A program made the translations under genes and the position numbers. 48,550 bases of DNA from an uncultured Sphaerotilus sp. (GTDB lineage Bacteria > Pseudomonadota > Gammaproteobacteria > Burkholderiales > Burkholderiaceae_C). The notes under the pieces were generated by a model. That model made no database searches. It was not told where the DNA came from and saw only the letters and a program-made list of their open reading frames with translations. This document shows, piece after piece, positions 29,324 to 37,367 of this stretch (positions are counted from its first letter, which is position 1; each line of letters starts with the position of its first letter). The DNA is taken from contig CAYRBG010000001.1 in assembly GCA_964422355.1 (NCBI GenBank), positions 1-48,550 of the forward strand, read 5' to 3'.

Positions 29324-30247
29324 ATGTCCATTGCCCCTTACCTGAAGATCATCGGCCGCGGCAAGGAAGGCGCACGCGCCCTGGACCGCGCCCAGGCGCT
29401 GGACCTGATGCAGCGCATCCTGGGCGGCCAGGTGAGCGATCTGGAGCTGGGCGCCTTTGCGCTGGCCATGCGCATCAAAGGAGAGAGCCCGGACGAGCTC
29501 GACGCCTTCGTCGAAGCCGCCCAGGCCCACACCCTGCCCCTGCTGAGCGCGCGCCCCGCCGTGCTGCTGCCCAGCTACAACGGTGCACGCAAGCTGCCCA
29601 ACTTCACCCCGCTGCTGGCCCTGCTCTTGGCCCGCCAGGGCGTGCCGGTGTTGGTGCACGGCCCCTTGACCGACCCCGGCCGCGTCACCAGCGCCGAGGT
29701 GTTCTCGGCCCTGGGGCTGCCGCCTGTGGACACCGCCGAAGCGGTGCGGGCGCGGTGGTCGGCCGGTCAGCCCGCCTTCGTGTCGCTGGACGCACTCAAT
29801 CGCCCGCTGGCCCAGTTGTTGGCGGTGCGCCAGGTGCTGGGCCTGCGCAACCCGGGCCACACCATCGCCAAGCTGCTGCCGGCCGTGCCCGGCGCGCTGC
29901 GCGTCGTCAACTACACCCATCCGGAATACGCTCAGAGCCTGGCGCAGTACGTCAGCCTGACCGGTGCAAACGCCATGCTCATGCGCGGCACCGAAGGCGA
30001 GCCTGTGGCCGACTGTCGTCGCCAGCCAAGGCTGGACGTGTTTCTCGGCGGCCAGCACGCTCCTGAGCTGAGCTGCGCCCCTGCCGAAGGACCGGTGACC
30101 ACCCTGCCCGAGTTGCCAGAAAGCATCCAGGCCGAGAGCACCGCCCAACACATTCAGGCCTGCCTGGAAGGTCGGCGGGCGACACCGGCCCCCGTGGCCG
30201 AGCAGGCCCGCCTGCTGATCGCGGCGCTGGGCCGCATGGGAAGCTGA
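29324..30247 (+). CDS. ybiB: DNA-binding protein YbiB (TrpD2 family)
   Basis: YLKIIGRGKEGARAL, MRIKGES, PSYNGARK, NYTHPEY, MRGTEGE. Confidence 0.88.
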   Translation: MSIAPYLKIIGRGKEGARALDRAQALDLMQRILGGQVSDLELGAFALAMRIKGESPDELDAFVEAAQAHTLPLLSARPAVLLPSYNGARKLPNFTPLLALLLARQGVPVLVHGPLTDPGRVTSAEVFSALGLPPVDTAEAVRARWSAGQPAFVSLDALNRPLAQLLAVRQVLGLRNPGHTIAKLLPAVPGALRVVNYTHPEYAQSLAQYVSLTGANAMLMRGTEGEPVADCRRQPRLDVFLGGQHAPELSCAPAEGPVTTLPELPESIQAESTAQHIQACLEGRRATPAPVAEQARLLIAALGRMGS

Positions 30248-30619
30248 GTGACTGGATTCCCAAGGGCACATCGCACCTGGCGCATCTGCTTGTGGATGCT
30301 GGTGATCGTCATCACCTACCTCGCCACTTCGCCCTCGCCCCCCCGCACCGTTGATTTCGGGCTGGACAAGATCAACCACGCGGTCGCCTTTGCCGTGCTC
30401 GGCGCCGTGGCCATGGTGGGCTACGGGCGGGCCGCCTGGGTCCGCGTCGTCCTGTGGCTGCTGGGTTTTGGCATCGCCATCGAAATCGCGCAGACCCAGG
30501 TGCCGGGACGCTCGGCAGAGGCGGCCGACCTGTTGGCCGATGGGGTCGGCATCGCCATCGGGCTGGGGATCGCCCGGATCCTCACCGCCCGGCAACGTCG
30601 GCAAGCTGGCAGACAATGA
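30248..30619 (+). CDS. VanZ family membrane protein
   Basis: DKINHAVAF, IEIAQTQVPGRSAEAADLLAD. Confidence 0.85.
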   Translation: MTGFPRAHRTWRICLWMLVIVITYLATSPSPPRTVDFGLDKINHAVAFAVLGAVAMVGYGRAAWVRVVLWLLGFGIAIEIAQTQVPGRSAEAADLLADGVGIAIGLGIARILTARQRRQAGRQ

Positions 30620-30626
30620 GCCCACC

Positions 30627-32219
30627 ATGAACCCCACCCGCTTCCCGATCCCTCTGCGCAGAAGTTGGGCGCTTCCCCTGCTCTGGCTGGCTGCCACTTC
30701 GGCCTGGGCACAGAACCCTTCCCTCTGGTTCGACGCCGACCACCGGCCCAACAGCCAGAGCCGTCAGGCCTTGGAGCTTCTGAGCAACGCCTCCGCCGAT
30801 GGTTTGCGCCCCCAGGACTACCGAGTCGACGTGCTGCGCAAGTGGTTCGGCCCCGCCAGCGATGCGCCCGCTTCGCAGGAGATCGAGGCCAAGGCCGACG
30901 CGGCGCTCACCTCGGCGGTGGTGCTCTACCTCGAAGACCTGCACCAGGGCCGCGTGCGCCCCAAGGAGGTTCAGGCCAACTACGACCCCTCGCGCGACGC
31001 TTCGACCTTCGATGCCCGGTCCGTGCTCGAACGGGCCTTGGCCGAGCAGCGCCTGGACGCGGCCGCCCGCACCGCTGCGCCGACACTGCCGATGTATGCC
31101 GAACTGCGCGAGGAGTTGCGCCGCTACCGCGATCTGGCCACCCAGCCCCTGTGGAAACAGCCTCTGCCGCCGCTGCCCGGCGCGGGCCGCAAGTCCGTTG
31201 GAAAACTGACCCCGGGTCAGGCCTACACCGGCGTGGCACCGCTGGCCCAGCGTCTGCGGATCCTGGGTGACCTGTCCGAGTCCACCGCGGCCCCCACCGC
31301 CAACGGTGGACGTTACGAGGGCGCTCTGGTCGAGGCCGTCAAAGCCTTCCAGACCCGCCACGGCCTGACCGCCGACGGCGTCATCGGCGGGACCACCTGG
31401 GCGCAGCTCAACGTCACCCCCGCCGACCGCGCCCGACAGATAGAAATCACGATGGAGCGCCTGCGCTGGACCCCGCTGACACAGGGGCCGCGCCAGATCA
31501 CCGTCAACATCCCGGAGTTCACGCTTCGGGCCTACGAGGTCGACAACGGCCAAATCTCCGTGCAGCGGGAGATGCGAGTCATTGTCGGCAAGGCCCTGGA
31601 CACCCGCACCCCGGTGTTCGACGAAAACATGCGCTTCGTCGAATTCAGCCCGTACTGGAACGTGCCCCCGTCCATCGCTAAGGAAGAGCTGATTCCGCGC
31701 CTGCGGCGCGATCCGGGCTACTTCCAGCGCATGGATTTCGAGTTCGTGGGGGCCGGAGGCGGCGACCGCGTTCTCACCGGCGGCAAGCTCGACGCCGTTC
31801 TCGCCGGGCAGATGCGCATCCGCCAGCGTCCGGGCGACAAGAATGCGCTGGGCGACATCAAGTTCGTCTTCCCCAACCGCGACAACATCTACCTGCACCA
31901 TACGCCCTCGGTCGGCCTGTTTGCGCGGGACCGCCGCGACTTCAGCCACGGCTGCATCCGGGTCGAAAAGCCGGTCGAACTTGCCACCTTCGTGTTCAAG
32001 AACATGCCTGGCTGGGACGAATCCAAGATCCGTCAGGCCATGGAAAAGGGCACCTCCATGACGGTGAAGTTGACCGAACCCATCCCCGTGCTGATTGCCT
32101 ACGGAACCACCGTGGTCAAGAATGGTCGTATCCACTTCTACGATGACATTTACGGCCTGGACCGCCAGCTCGAAGCTGCTCTGCAGAAGCACGGCAAGGA
32201 GCGCGACGCCGGCCTTTGA
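30627..32219 (+). CDS. ldtD: L,D-transpeptidase (YcbB/LdtD family)
   Basis: Signal peptide; PG-binding AVKAFQTRHGLTADG; VNIPEF, PYWNVP, IYLHHTP...SHGCIRV. Confidence 0.88.
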   Translation: MNPTRFPIPLRRSWALPLLWLAATSAWAQNPSLWFDADHRPNSQSRQALELLSNASADGLRPQDYRVDVLRKWFGPASDAPASQEIEAKADAALTSAVVLYLEDLHQGRVRPKEVQANYDPSRDASTFDARSVLERALAEQRLDAAARTAAPTLPMYAELREELRRYRDLATQPLWKQPLPPLPGAGRKSVGKLTPGQAYTGVAPLAQRLRILGDLSESTAAPTANGGRYEGALVEAVKAFQTRHGLTADGVIGGTTWAQLNVTPADRARQIEITMERLRWTPLTQGPRQITVNIPEFTLRAYEVDNGQISVQREMRVIVGKALDTRTPVFDENMRFVEFSPYWNVPPSIAKEELIPRLRRDPGYFQRMDFEFVGAGGGDRVLTGGKLDAVLAGQMRIRQRPGDKNALGDIKFVFPNRDNIYLHHTPSVGLFARDRRDFSHGCIRVEKPVELATFVFKNMPGWDESKIRQAMEKGTSMTVKLTEPIPVLIAYGTTVVKNGRIHFYDDIYGLDRQLEAALQKHGKERDAGL

Positions 32220-32237
32220 GTCCAAAGCGAGACGAGG

Positions 32238-32813
32238 ATGAGCAGTCACCACCCCTCCAAGCCCGGGTACGCCCGCCGCCACTTTCTGCGTCACACGGCC
32301 AAACTCGCCGCCGTGGGCGCGGCCGCCATGCCCCTGGCCCGCCATGCCAAGGCGGCGTCCATCCCTTCGGGGCGTGACCTGTCGCTGGTGCACACCCACA
32401 CCCGCGAACAGATCCAGCTCGTCTTTGCGCGGGGCGACAACTACGTGCCCGAGGCCCTGACCACGCTCAATCGATTCCTGCGCGATCACTACTCCGGCGA
32501 GATCGGCCACATCGACCCGCTGCTGTTCGATGCGCTGCACCAAGTCCAGCAGGTGCTGGGCAGCCGCAGCACCTACGAGATCATCTCGGGCTATCGCTGC
32601 TCGGCCACCAACGAGCACCTGCGCACGTCGCGCGGTGGCGGCGTGGCCCGCAAGAGCCTGCACACGGAAGGCAAGGCCATCGACGTGCGCCTGCGCGGCG
32701 TGCCCCTGGCCGAGTTGCGCGACGCCGCCAAGTCGCTTCAGCTCGGTGGCGTGGGGTACTACCCCAGCGAAGAATTCGTGCACATCGACACGGGGCGCGT
32801 GCGCTACTGGTGA
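32238..32813 (+). CDS. mepK: YcbK/DUF882 peptidase M15 (MepK-like)
   Basis: Tat-like RRHFL leader; FLRDHY, ISGYR, KSLH...AID, FVHIDTG; follows ldtD. Confidence 0.85.
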   Translation: MSSHHPSKPGYARRHFLRHTAKLAAVGAAAMPLARHAKAASIPSGRDLSLVHTHTREQIQLVFARGDNYVPEALTTLNRFLRDHYSGEIGHIDPLLFDALHQVQQVLGSRSTYEIISGYRCSATNEHLRTSRGGGVARKSLHTEGKAIDVRLRGVPLAELRDAAKSLQLGGVGYYPSEEFVHIDTGRVRYW

Positions 32814-32873
32814 GCTGAAGCGTCGGCCTGGGCTTTTCAAAGCCCGAAATTCATTGCTAGAATGGCAGTCTTC

Positions 32874-32949
32874 GCCGGTGTAGCTCAGTTGGTAGAGCAG
32901 CTCATTCGTAATGAGAAGGTCGAGGGTTCGATTCCTTTCACCGGCACCA
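32874..32949 (+). tRNA. tRNA-Thr (anticodon CGT)
   Basis: 76 nt cloverleaf GCCGGTG...CACCGGC-ACCA; anticodon loop TT-CGT-AA; GGTTCGATT T-loop; TAGAAT -10 upstream. Confidence 0.97.
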
Positions 32950-32957
32950 GATAAATC

Positions 32958-32990
32958 AACGGGTTAGCTCTCACAAGGGGCTGACCCGTT
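32958..32990 (+). terminator. Hairpin directly after the tRNA
   Basis: AACGGGTTAGC...GCTGACCCGTT inverted repeat. Confidence 0.5.
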
Positions 32991-33017
32991 GTGCTTTGTG
33001 GCCTCACTCAGTGCGAC

Positions 33018-33038
33018 CTGTAGGCAATCTGTAGGCAA
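33018..33038 (+). repeat. Tandem 10-bp direct repeat CTGTAGGCAA (candidate integrase arm-type sites)
   Basis: Exact copies at 33018-33027 and 33029-33038, ~70 bp from the tRNA 3' end. Confidence 0.55.
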
Positions 33039-33081
33039 CTCGGCTCAATGCACACCTGTGCAAGCCACCCTTCCCTACCCC

Positions 33082-33297
33082 ATGGACACACCGAAGCCCC
33101 GACAAGACACCACCCGCTTGGAAGCCAGGGGCCCTCGCGGCGAAGCCTGCATCGTCGTGCGAACGCTCGGGCCGTCGGGTGCACCAGATGGTGCCGATAC
33201 CGAGTACCGGCTGGCCACCGGCGAACGCTTGAAGCCGGGATCGGCAGCCTCAGAGTTCGTGACGCTCGATGGGAAGCGGACCTTCAAGGTCTACTGA
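33082..33297 (+). CDS. Small hypothetical protein (71 aa)
   Basis: ORF MDTPKPRQDTTRLEARGPRGE...EYRLATGERL...EFVTLDGKRTFKVY with protein-like composition. Confidence 0.55.
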   Translation: MDTPKPRQDTTRLEARGPRGEACIVVRTLGPSGAPDGADTEYRLATGERLKPGSAASEFVTLDGKRTFKVY

Positions 33298-33317
33298 GTC
33301 GGCATTGCTCGGGAGCG

Positions 33318-33362
33318 AGCGTGGCGCCGATGATGGACTGGATCGACCGGCACTGCCGATAC
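33318..33362 (+). pseudogene. dusA: Isolated 5' fragment of tRNA-dihydrouridine synthase dusA
   Basis: Encodes SVAPMMDWIDRHCRY, matching the DusA N-terminal motif; flanks are unrelated. Confidence 0.7.
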
Positions 33363-33517
33363 GTCCGCTACGGAGCCCAGCAAGGTCTTGGTCAGGTGAT
33401 GATCGACAACACGTCGGGCGTTGCCACAGCGACAACGCGGCGCCACCCGCTCAACCGGTCTGGAAAACTCCTGCGGCACGATACAGTTCTCACACAAAGA
33501 AGATCCACGGGAGTTCC

Positions 33518-33961
33518 ATGATGTTTCGCACCGCCGCTGCCCTCCTGGCGCCATTGCTGATTGCTGCTTCTGGTCATGCCCAGGCGCCGAAGTCACCCAA
33601 CCCATATGGGGAGTGGCGGGGGCACACCCAGTTCAAGGCCTCGATGTCCGGCGCCCAAGCTCCATCGGCCTTGGAGGTTGTCCAGATGACGATCGCCATC
33701 GACCCAGGCGGCAGGGTTGACGGCGCCAGCTCGGAGAACGGCTGCAGAGCCCTCGGAATCGCTCGCCGCCTTGCGGCCGGAGCTGCGGTTCTCACGATGG
33801 ACGTGACCCTGTCCGGGTGTAAGACGGATGCCCTGAACCGGTCGTACACGGGCACGCTCGCCGCGTACTCGGATGGCACAGCCACCTTCGACTTGAGCGC
33901 GAACCAGATCGGCGGCGGGAAAGTGGCATCCTTCAGGGTCAGCGCTTCATTTCGGCGGTAG
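33518..33961 (+). CDS. Hypothetical exported protein
   Basis: GGGAG RBS; signal peptide ending GHA-Q; beta-rich with a Cys pair. Confidence 0.65.
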   Translation: MMFRTAAALLAPLLIAASGHAQAPKSPNPYGEWRGHTQFKASMSGAQAPSALEVVQMTIAIDPGGRVDGASSENGCRALGIARRLAAGAAVLTMDVTLSGCKTDALNRSYTGTLAAYSDGTATFDLSANQIGGGKVASFRVSASFRR

Positions 33962-34395
33962 CCCAAGGGGCGGCATGTCCGACAAGTTCCGACTTTGGTC
34001 ACGGGCGCCACTGCTGGAGAGCGAAGCGCGCCAACTCAAGCGCGAGGATCGTGGCTTCAAGGATGGTGATCAACTGGTCGTGGCTCATGGGATTGCTCTG
34101 GGTTGTTGCGATACCTGAATGGTCAGTTCGGCCCGTCGTCAGCGGCAGGTGAACCGATTCAGTGCTTGCATGGTCCCGAAACACGCGCCGCTGAACCGCG
34201 CGAACGAGTTCGCAGCAGCCTCGCCCACCAGCCGGCATCAGCCACACCGGTGTCGGCGCGTCCAGGCCATGACGTCCCGCGTACGTATGCTCCACATCGC
34301 CAACTCCACCGCGACTCGGTAATATTCGGCCACCACATCCCCATGTGGTCCGCCCTTTCCTCCCTGGGGCGGCGCCGTGACAGCACGGCTTTCCC

Positions 34396-34423
34396 GCCCA
34401 CCCACACCGGTGGGCTTCTTTTT
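34396..34423 (+). terminator. Rho-independent terminator (plus strand)
   Basis: GCCCACC-cacacc-GGTGGGC-TTCTTTTT. Confidence 0.6.
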
Positions 34424-34535
34424 GGACACGAGACTGACCGCTCCTGACCTCGGGATGCTCGCGCAGTGCTCCATCGCTTCGGCCGGCGTGCCGCCAAACA
34501 GGTCGACCAAAGCCGACAACCGTTGATTGCTGGCG

Positions 34536-34811
34536 CTAGAACGACAGCCGCCTACCGCTTGACCTGCGCCGACCCGACTCTGGCGGGGCCCGGTCCTTCT
34601 GCACTTTGGCCCTGCGCTCGGCCGCCTCGGACAGCGCTCGGGCGCGCAGCCACTCCAGCAGGTGTTCCTCCAAAAACAGCCAGCCGATCCCGACCTTGGT
34701 CCCGGCCAGCTCCCCTGTCCTGGCCGCCTCCTCGATGCGCTCTGGCGTGCAGTGCAGGGCGGCGGCAGCGGTTTCTGAGGTGTGAATACCGACGATGCTC
34801 GGCTCAGGCAT
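34536..34811 (-). CDS. Excisionase-like helix-turn-helix protein
   Basis: TAAAALHCTPERIEEAARTGELAGTKVGIGWLF matches the Xis/HTH_17 pattern. Confidence 0.75.
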   Translation of the reverse strand: MPEPSIVGIHTSETAAAALHCTPERIEEAARTGELAGTKVGIGWLFLEEHLLEWLRARALSEAAERRAKVQKDRAPPESGRRRSSGRRLSF

Positions 34812-35061
34812 GGCAGGACTCCAGTTCCGTTGGGTACGGGTGAACATCCGTCAGAAACTCGTCGGCGCGCTCGGGCGACTATGGCCAGTTCTGTGGTCCA
34901 CCCAACTGAGGATGGAGGCAGCAGTGTCTGGGATTACGACTTCCTGGTGAAAGCTGGCGCTGTTGGTGGCCAGGTCGTGGCTGTTCGGATCACACGGCGG
35001 CATCAGTTCGGCCGTGAGCTCGCGCCACTGGCGCATCAGGCGCATGAGAGGGGTGGGATCC

Positions 35062-35325
35062 TCACAGCTGGGCCCCAGCCCCGCCCAACCCAACGCCCTC
35101 GGCTTGCAGACCCAACGTGTTGCCCGTGTCGTCGGCCAGGTACTGGATGAGGCTCAGCGCGTCCTTGAGTGCATGAGCCGCCGGGGCGTCATTGCCCGGC
35201 TTCGTCTTGAGGTGGCCCAGCGCCAGCACCGACAGCGTGGCGATCTTGGAGAGCGCGTCCTGTGCCACTGAGTCCATGTCCTGGATGGTGAGCTGCAGGC
35301 GCTCGACGTCTGTGCACTTGGTCAT
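35062..35325 (-). CDS. Hypothetical phage/satellite protein
   Basis: GGAGG RBS; ATGA overlap with the upstream gene; helical. Confidence 0.65.
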   Translation of the reverse strand: MTKCTDVERLQLTIQDMDSVAQDALSKIATLSVLALGHLKTKPGNDAPAAHALKDALSLIQYLADDTGNTLGLQAEGVGLGGAGAQL

Positions 35326-35684
35326 GACCGGCCTCCCTTGCGGCGCTGCTCGCGCAACCGGCGGATGTCCTCGAAGTCCTCGTCTGCCCGCTCTTCAAGT
35401 GCGCGACACGAAGTGATGCACAGCCGAATCAGGGCGCCTTGCTGGAGCTTGCTCAGCAGCGGCTGAGGGGTCGCTTCGTCAAGCTCCAGGGTGTCGCGCT
35501 CCAGCATTTCCAGCACGACCGCCACGCCAGCGGCTACGTCACGGGAGCGAGATAGGGAATCAAGGGCCAGGCGGGCGGGCAGCACTTCGCGCGGATCGCC
35601 GTGCTCTTCCCAGCAGAAGGGCTTGAACAGGGGCTCTGGACTCGGCGCCACCTGATCGGCAGGGGTGGTGCGCTTGGCGGTCAT
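35322..35684 (-). CDS. Hypothetical phage/satellite protein
   Basis: GGAGG RBS; ATGA overlaps at both ends. Confidence 0.65.
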   Translation of the reverse strand: MTAKRTTPADQVAPSPEPLFKPFCWEEHGDPREVLPARLALDSLSRSRDVAAGVAVVLEMLERDTLELDEATPQPLLSKLQQGALIRLCITSCRALEERADEDFEDIRRLREQRRKGGRS

Positions 35685-36046
35685 GCTCGGCCTCCCTTCA
35701 CTTTCGCACCTGCCGCGAGCTGCCGGCGCTCCTGCAAACTGCTGGCGCTGTGAGCCACCCCCAGAGTGGCGGCTGCATGGCTGGCCGCGTTGGACAACAG
35801 GAAGAACATGTCGGCCAACTTTTCGGGTGTTTGGAAGGAGCCGAGTTCCGCTGACACTATTTGGGGATCCTCGGACACCACGCACCCTAGTCCATCACAC
35901 AGCACGCTGATCTGACGCACCATATTGATGGCATAAGGAGCTTGCTTGGCGATGCCGTCGAGATCATCGTCACTCAGATTCGGTATGGCTCGTTCGAACA
36001 GCCCCAAAAGGAGGCCGTCGAACCCAGCAGAGATTGGATGAGCCAT
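35681..36046 (-). CDS. Hypothetical phage/satellite protein (121 aa)
   Basis: AGGAGG RBS before ATG; coupled to the next gene. Confidence 0.65.
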   Translation of the reverse strand: MAHPISAGFDGLLLGLFERAIPNLSDDDLDGIAKQAPYAINMVRQISVLCDGLGCVVSEDPQIVSAELGSFQTPEKLADMFFLLSNAASHAAATLGVAHSASSLQERRQLAAGAKVKGGRA

Positions 36047-36048
36047 GA

Positions 36049-36201
36049 TCAAACCTCCTGGGGTTGTTGGGTGGTTCCGAGGATCTGCGCGCCGGTCAGA
36101 GCGCTGTAGGTGGTGGGGTACAGGAAGTCCACGGCGGGAGTGAGGCGGGCTTGACCTGCAGGGCGAACTCCCGGGCCGCGTGTTGTCGTGGCGGTGGTCA
36201 T
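36049..36201 (-). CDS. Small hypothetical protein (50 aa)
   Basis: ATGA overlap with the upstream gene; fills the operon gap. Confidence 0.4.
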   Translation of the reverse strand: MTTATTTRGPGVRPAGQARLTPAVDFLYPTTYSALTGAQILGTTQQPQEV

Positions 36202-36416
36202 GCTGCACCGCCTTTCCGGTCGGCCGCGACAACACCAAAGGTCCGAGCACGCAGCTCGACACGGCGCAGGGCCTTGGATGCCAGGAGGTGGGCCAGACGG
36301 CGGCGGAACGCGGGCGCGTACTCGCTGACGGGCTTGCCGGCCCAAGAGGGAATGAGGGATTGCGCAGACGTGCGCAGTGCGCGGCCCAAGGTGGGCGCGG
36401 TGAGGGTGTCAGCCAT
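36198..36416 (-). CDS. Small protein whose RBS overlaps the c4 target site (Kil/Icd-like position)
   Basis: AGAAGGAG RBS then ATG; first gene after the c4 RNA. Confidence 0.55.
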   Translation of the reverse strand: MADTLTAPTLGRALRTSAQSLIPSWAGKPVSEYAPAFRRRLAHLLASKALRRVELRARTFGVVAADRKGGAA

Positions 36417-36468
36417 GACGGCTCCTTCTGGACAGGCTTTGAACCTGCCACCCCACTCGCCAAAGAAG

Positions 36469-36547
36469 GGCGGCAGACCGTGCAGGGTTGGCGAACCGGC
36501 AGAAGGTACCGGCACACCCTCGCGGGTGTCCCCACACGGCCCACCAT
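36469..36547 (-). ncRNA. c4/CI-type antisense immunity RNA
   Basis: Cloverleaf: GGTGGGCCGTGTGGGG pairs with CCCTGCACGGTCTGCC; ACACCC-GCGA-GGGTGT hairpin; CCGG-tacCTTCTG-CCGG hairpin; TCGCCAA bulge; complementary targets on both sides. Confidence 0.85.
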
Positions 36548-36685
36548 TGAAGATCGGCCATGCGCGCGCAGCCATGAGTTCCACGGACGTGAAAAAGCCG
36601 CATCCACTGTGCAGTGTGGCGCGGCTCGCTGCGCCTTCTGTTCCGGGTCGCCAAACCCAGGCACTGTTTTTTGCAGTGCGAACTC

Positions 36686-36715
36686 AGTGTGCACCCAGGT
36701 GGCGGAATCCGTCAA
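36686..36715 (-). promoter_or_regulatory. Candidate sigma70 promoter of the c4 transcript
   Basis: TTGACG-N18-CACACT followed by the GCACTG-caaaaaa-CAGTGC hairpin and the upstream target pair. Confidence 0.45.
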
Positions 36716-36843
36716 TGGGTTGAGGTGAGACGTTGTGCACGTGATCAAGGGGGATGAGCGCCATCGCCCAGACGTTCAAGTCTCGCCAACCCCGGCCGAA
36801 ATCCCGATCAGGCGGCCGTGTGTGCGGCCTGCAGGGCACCGCC

Positions 36844-37140
36844 ATGAACGTCACCTCATCCACCAGCCTGTCGGGCATGAACGCAGCCCAGACGGGCCTC
36901 AGCGCGCGGGCGCACAACATCGCGAACACCAACACGCCGGGGTTTCGGCCGGAGGTGGTGAGCCAGGCTGAGCAGCCCGGCGGCGTCACGGCCGCGGTGT
37001 CTCAGGCGGCCGAGCCCGGCGAGAGCCTGGAATCGGACGTGGTGAGCCAGCTCGAAGACAAGAACGCCTTCCTGGCCAACTTGCGGGTGTTCAAGACCGG
37101 CGACCAGATGATGGGCACGCTGATCGACTCCACTGCCTGA
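36844..37140 (+). CDS. Minimal flagellar basal-body rod-like protein (98 aa; FlgB/FlgC terminal motifs only)
   Basis: AHNIANTNTPGFR N-motif; AFLANLRVFKTGDQMMGTLID C-motif. Confidence 0.8.
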   Translation: MNVTSSTSLSGMNAAQTGLSARAHNIANTNTPGFRPEVVSQAEQPGGVTAAVSQAAEPGESLESDVVSQLEDKNAFLANLRVFKTGDQMMGTLIDSTA

Positions 37141-37367
37141 GGAACTGCCTCATCCGGGTGCACCCTAACCTGGACTGTGACGGTTGAGTGACTTACGCAA
37201 CCCAACCACACTCGGCGCCCAGGATGCCCACAGGGTTGTCCACAGATCCTGTGGATGAGACGTGCTGCACGTCACGAACTGCCCGGCCGTAGCCTGTGCA
37301 CGGGATTGCGCACACCTCCCAAATTGTGAAACTCCACGTTTCACAACACTGACACGGAGGTTCAGCA

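Noticed and set aside
29183-30751. N-terminal 520-aa extension of the 1111-aa kinase ORF
   Set aside because: Overlaps ybiB and VanZ on the other strand; the PP2C domain starts at 29182
33471-33486. CTG-N10-CAG possible LexA box
   Set aside because: Left half is CTGC and the spacer is GC-rich; too weak
34100-34530. Several overlapping short ORFs or a frameshifted gene
   Set aside because: No frame has a convincing RBS, codon bias or motif
36417-36748. Ash-like peptide (MVGRVGTPARV...) in the 355-aa ORF
   Set aside because: Better explained by the c4 RNA structure; the downstream gene has its own RBS at 36046
37324-37346. Palindrome as a CRP site
   Set aside because: TGTGA/TCACA spacer is 11 bp rather than 6
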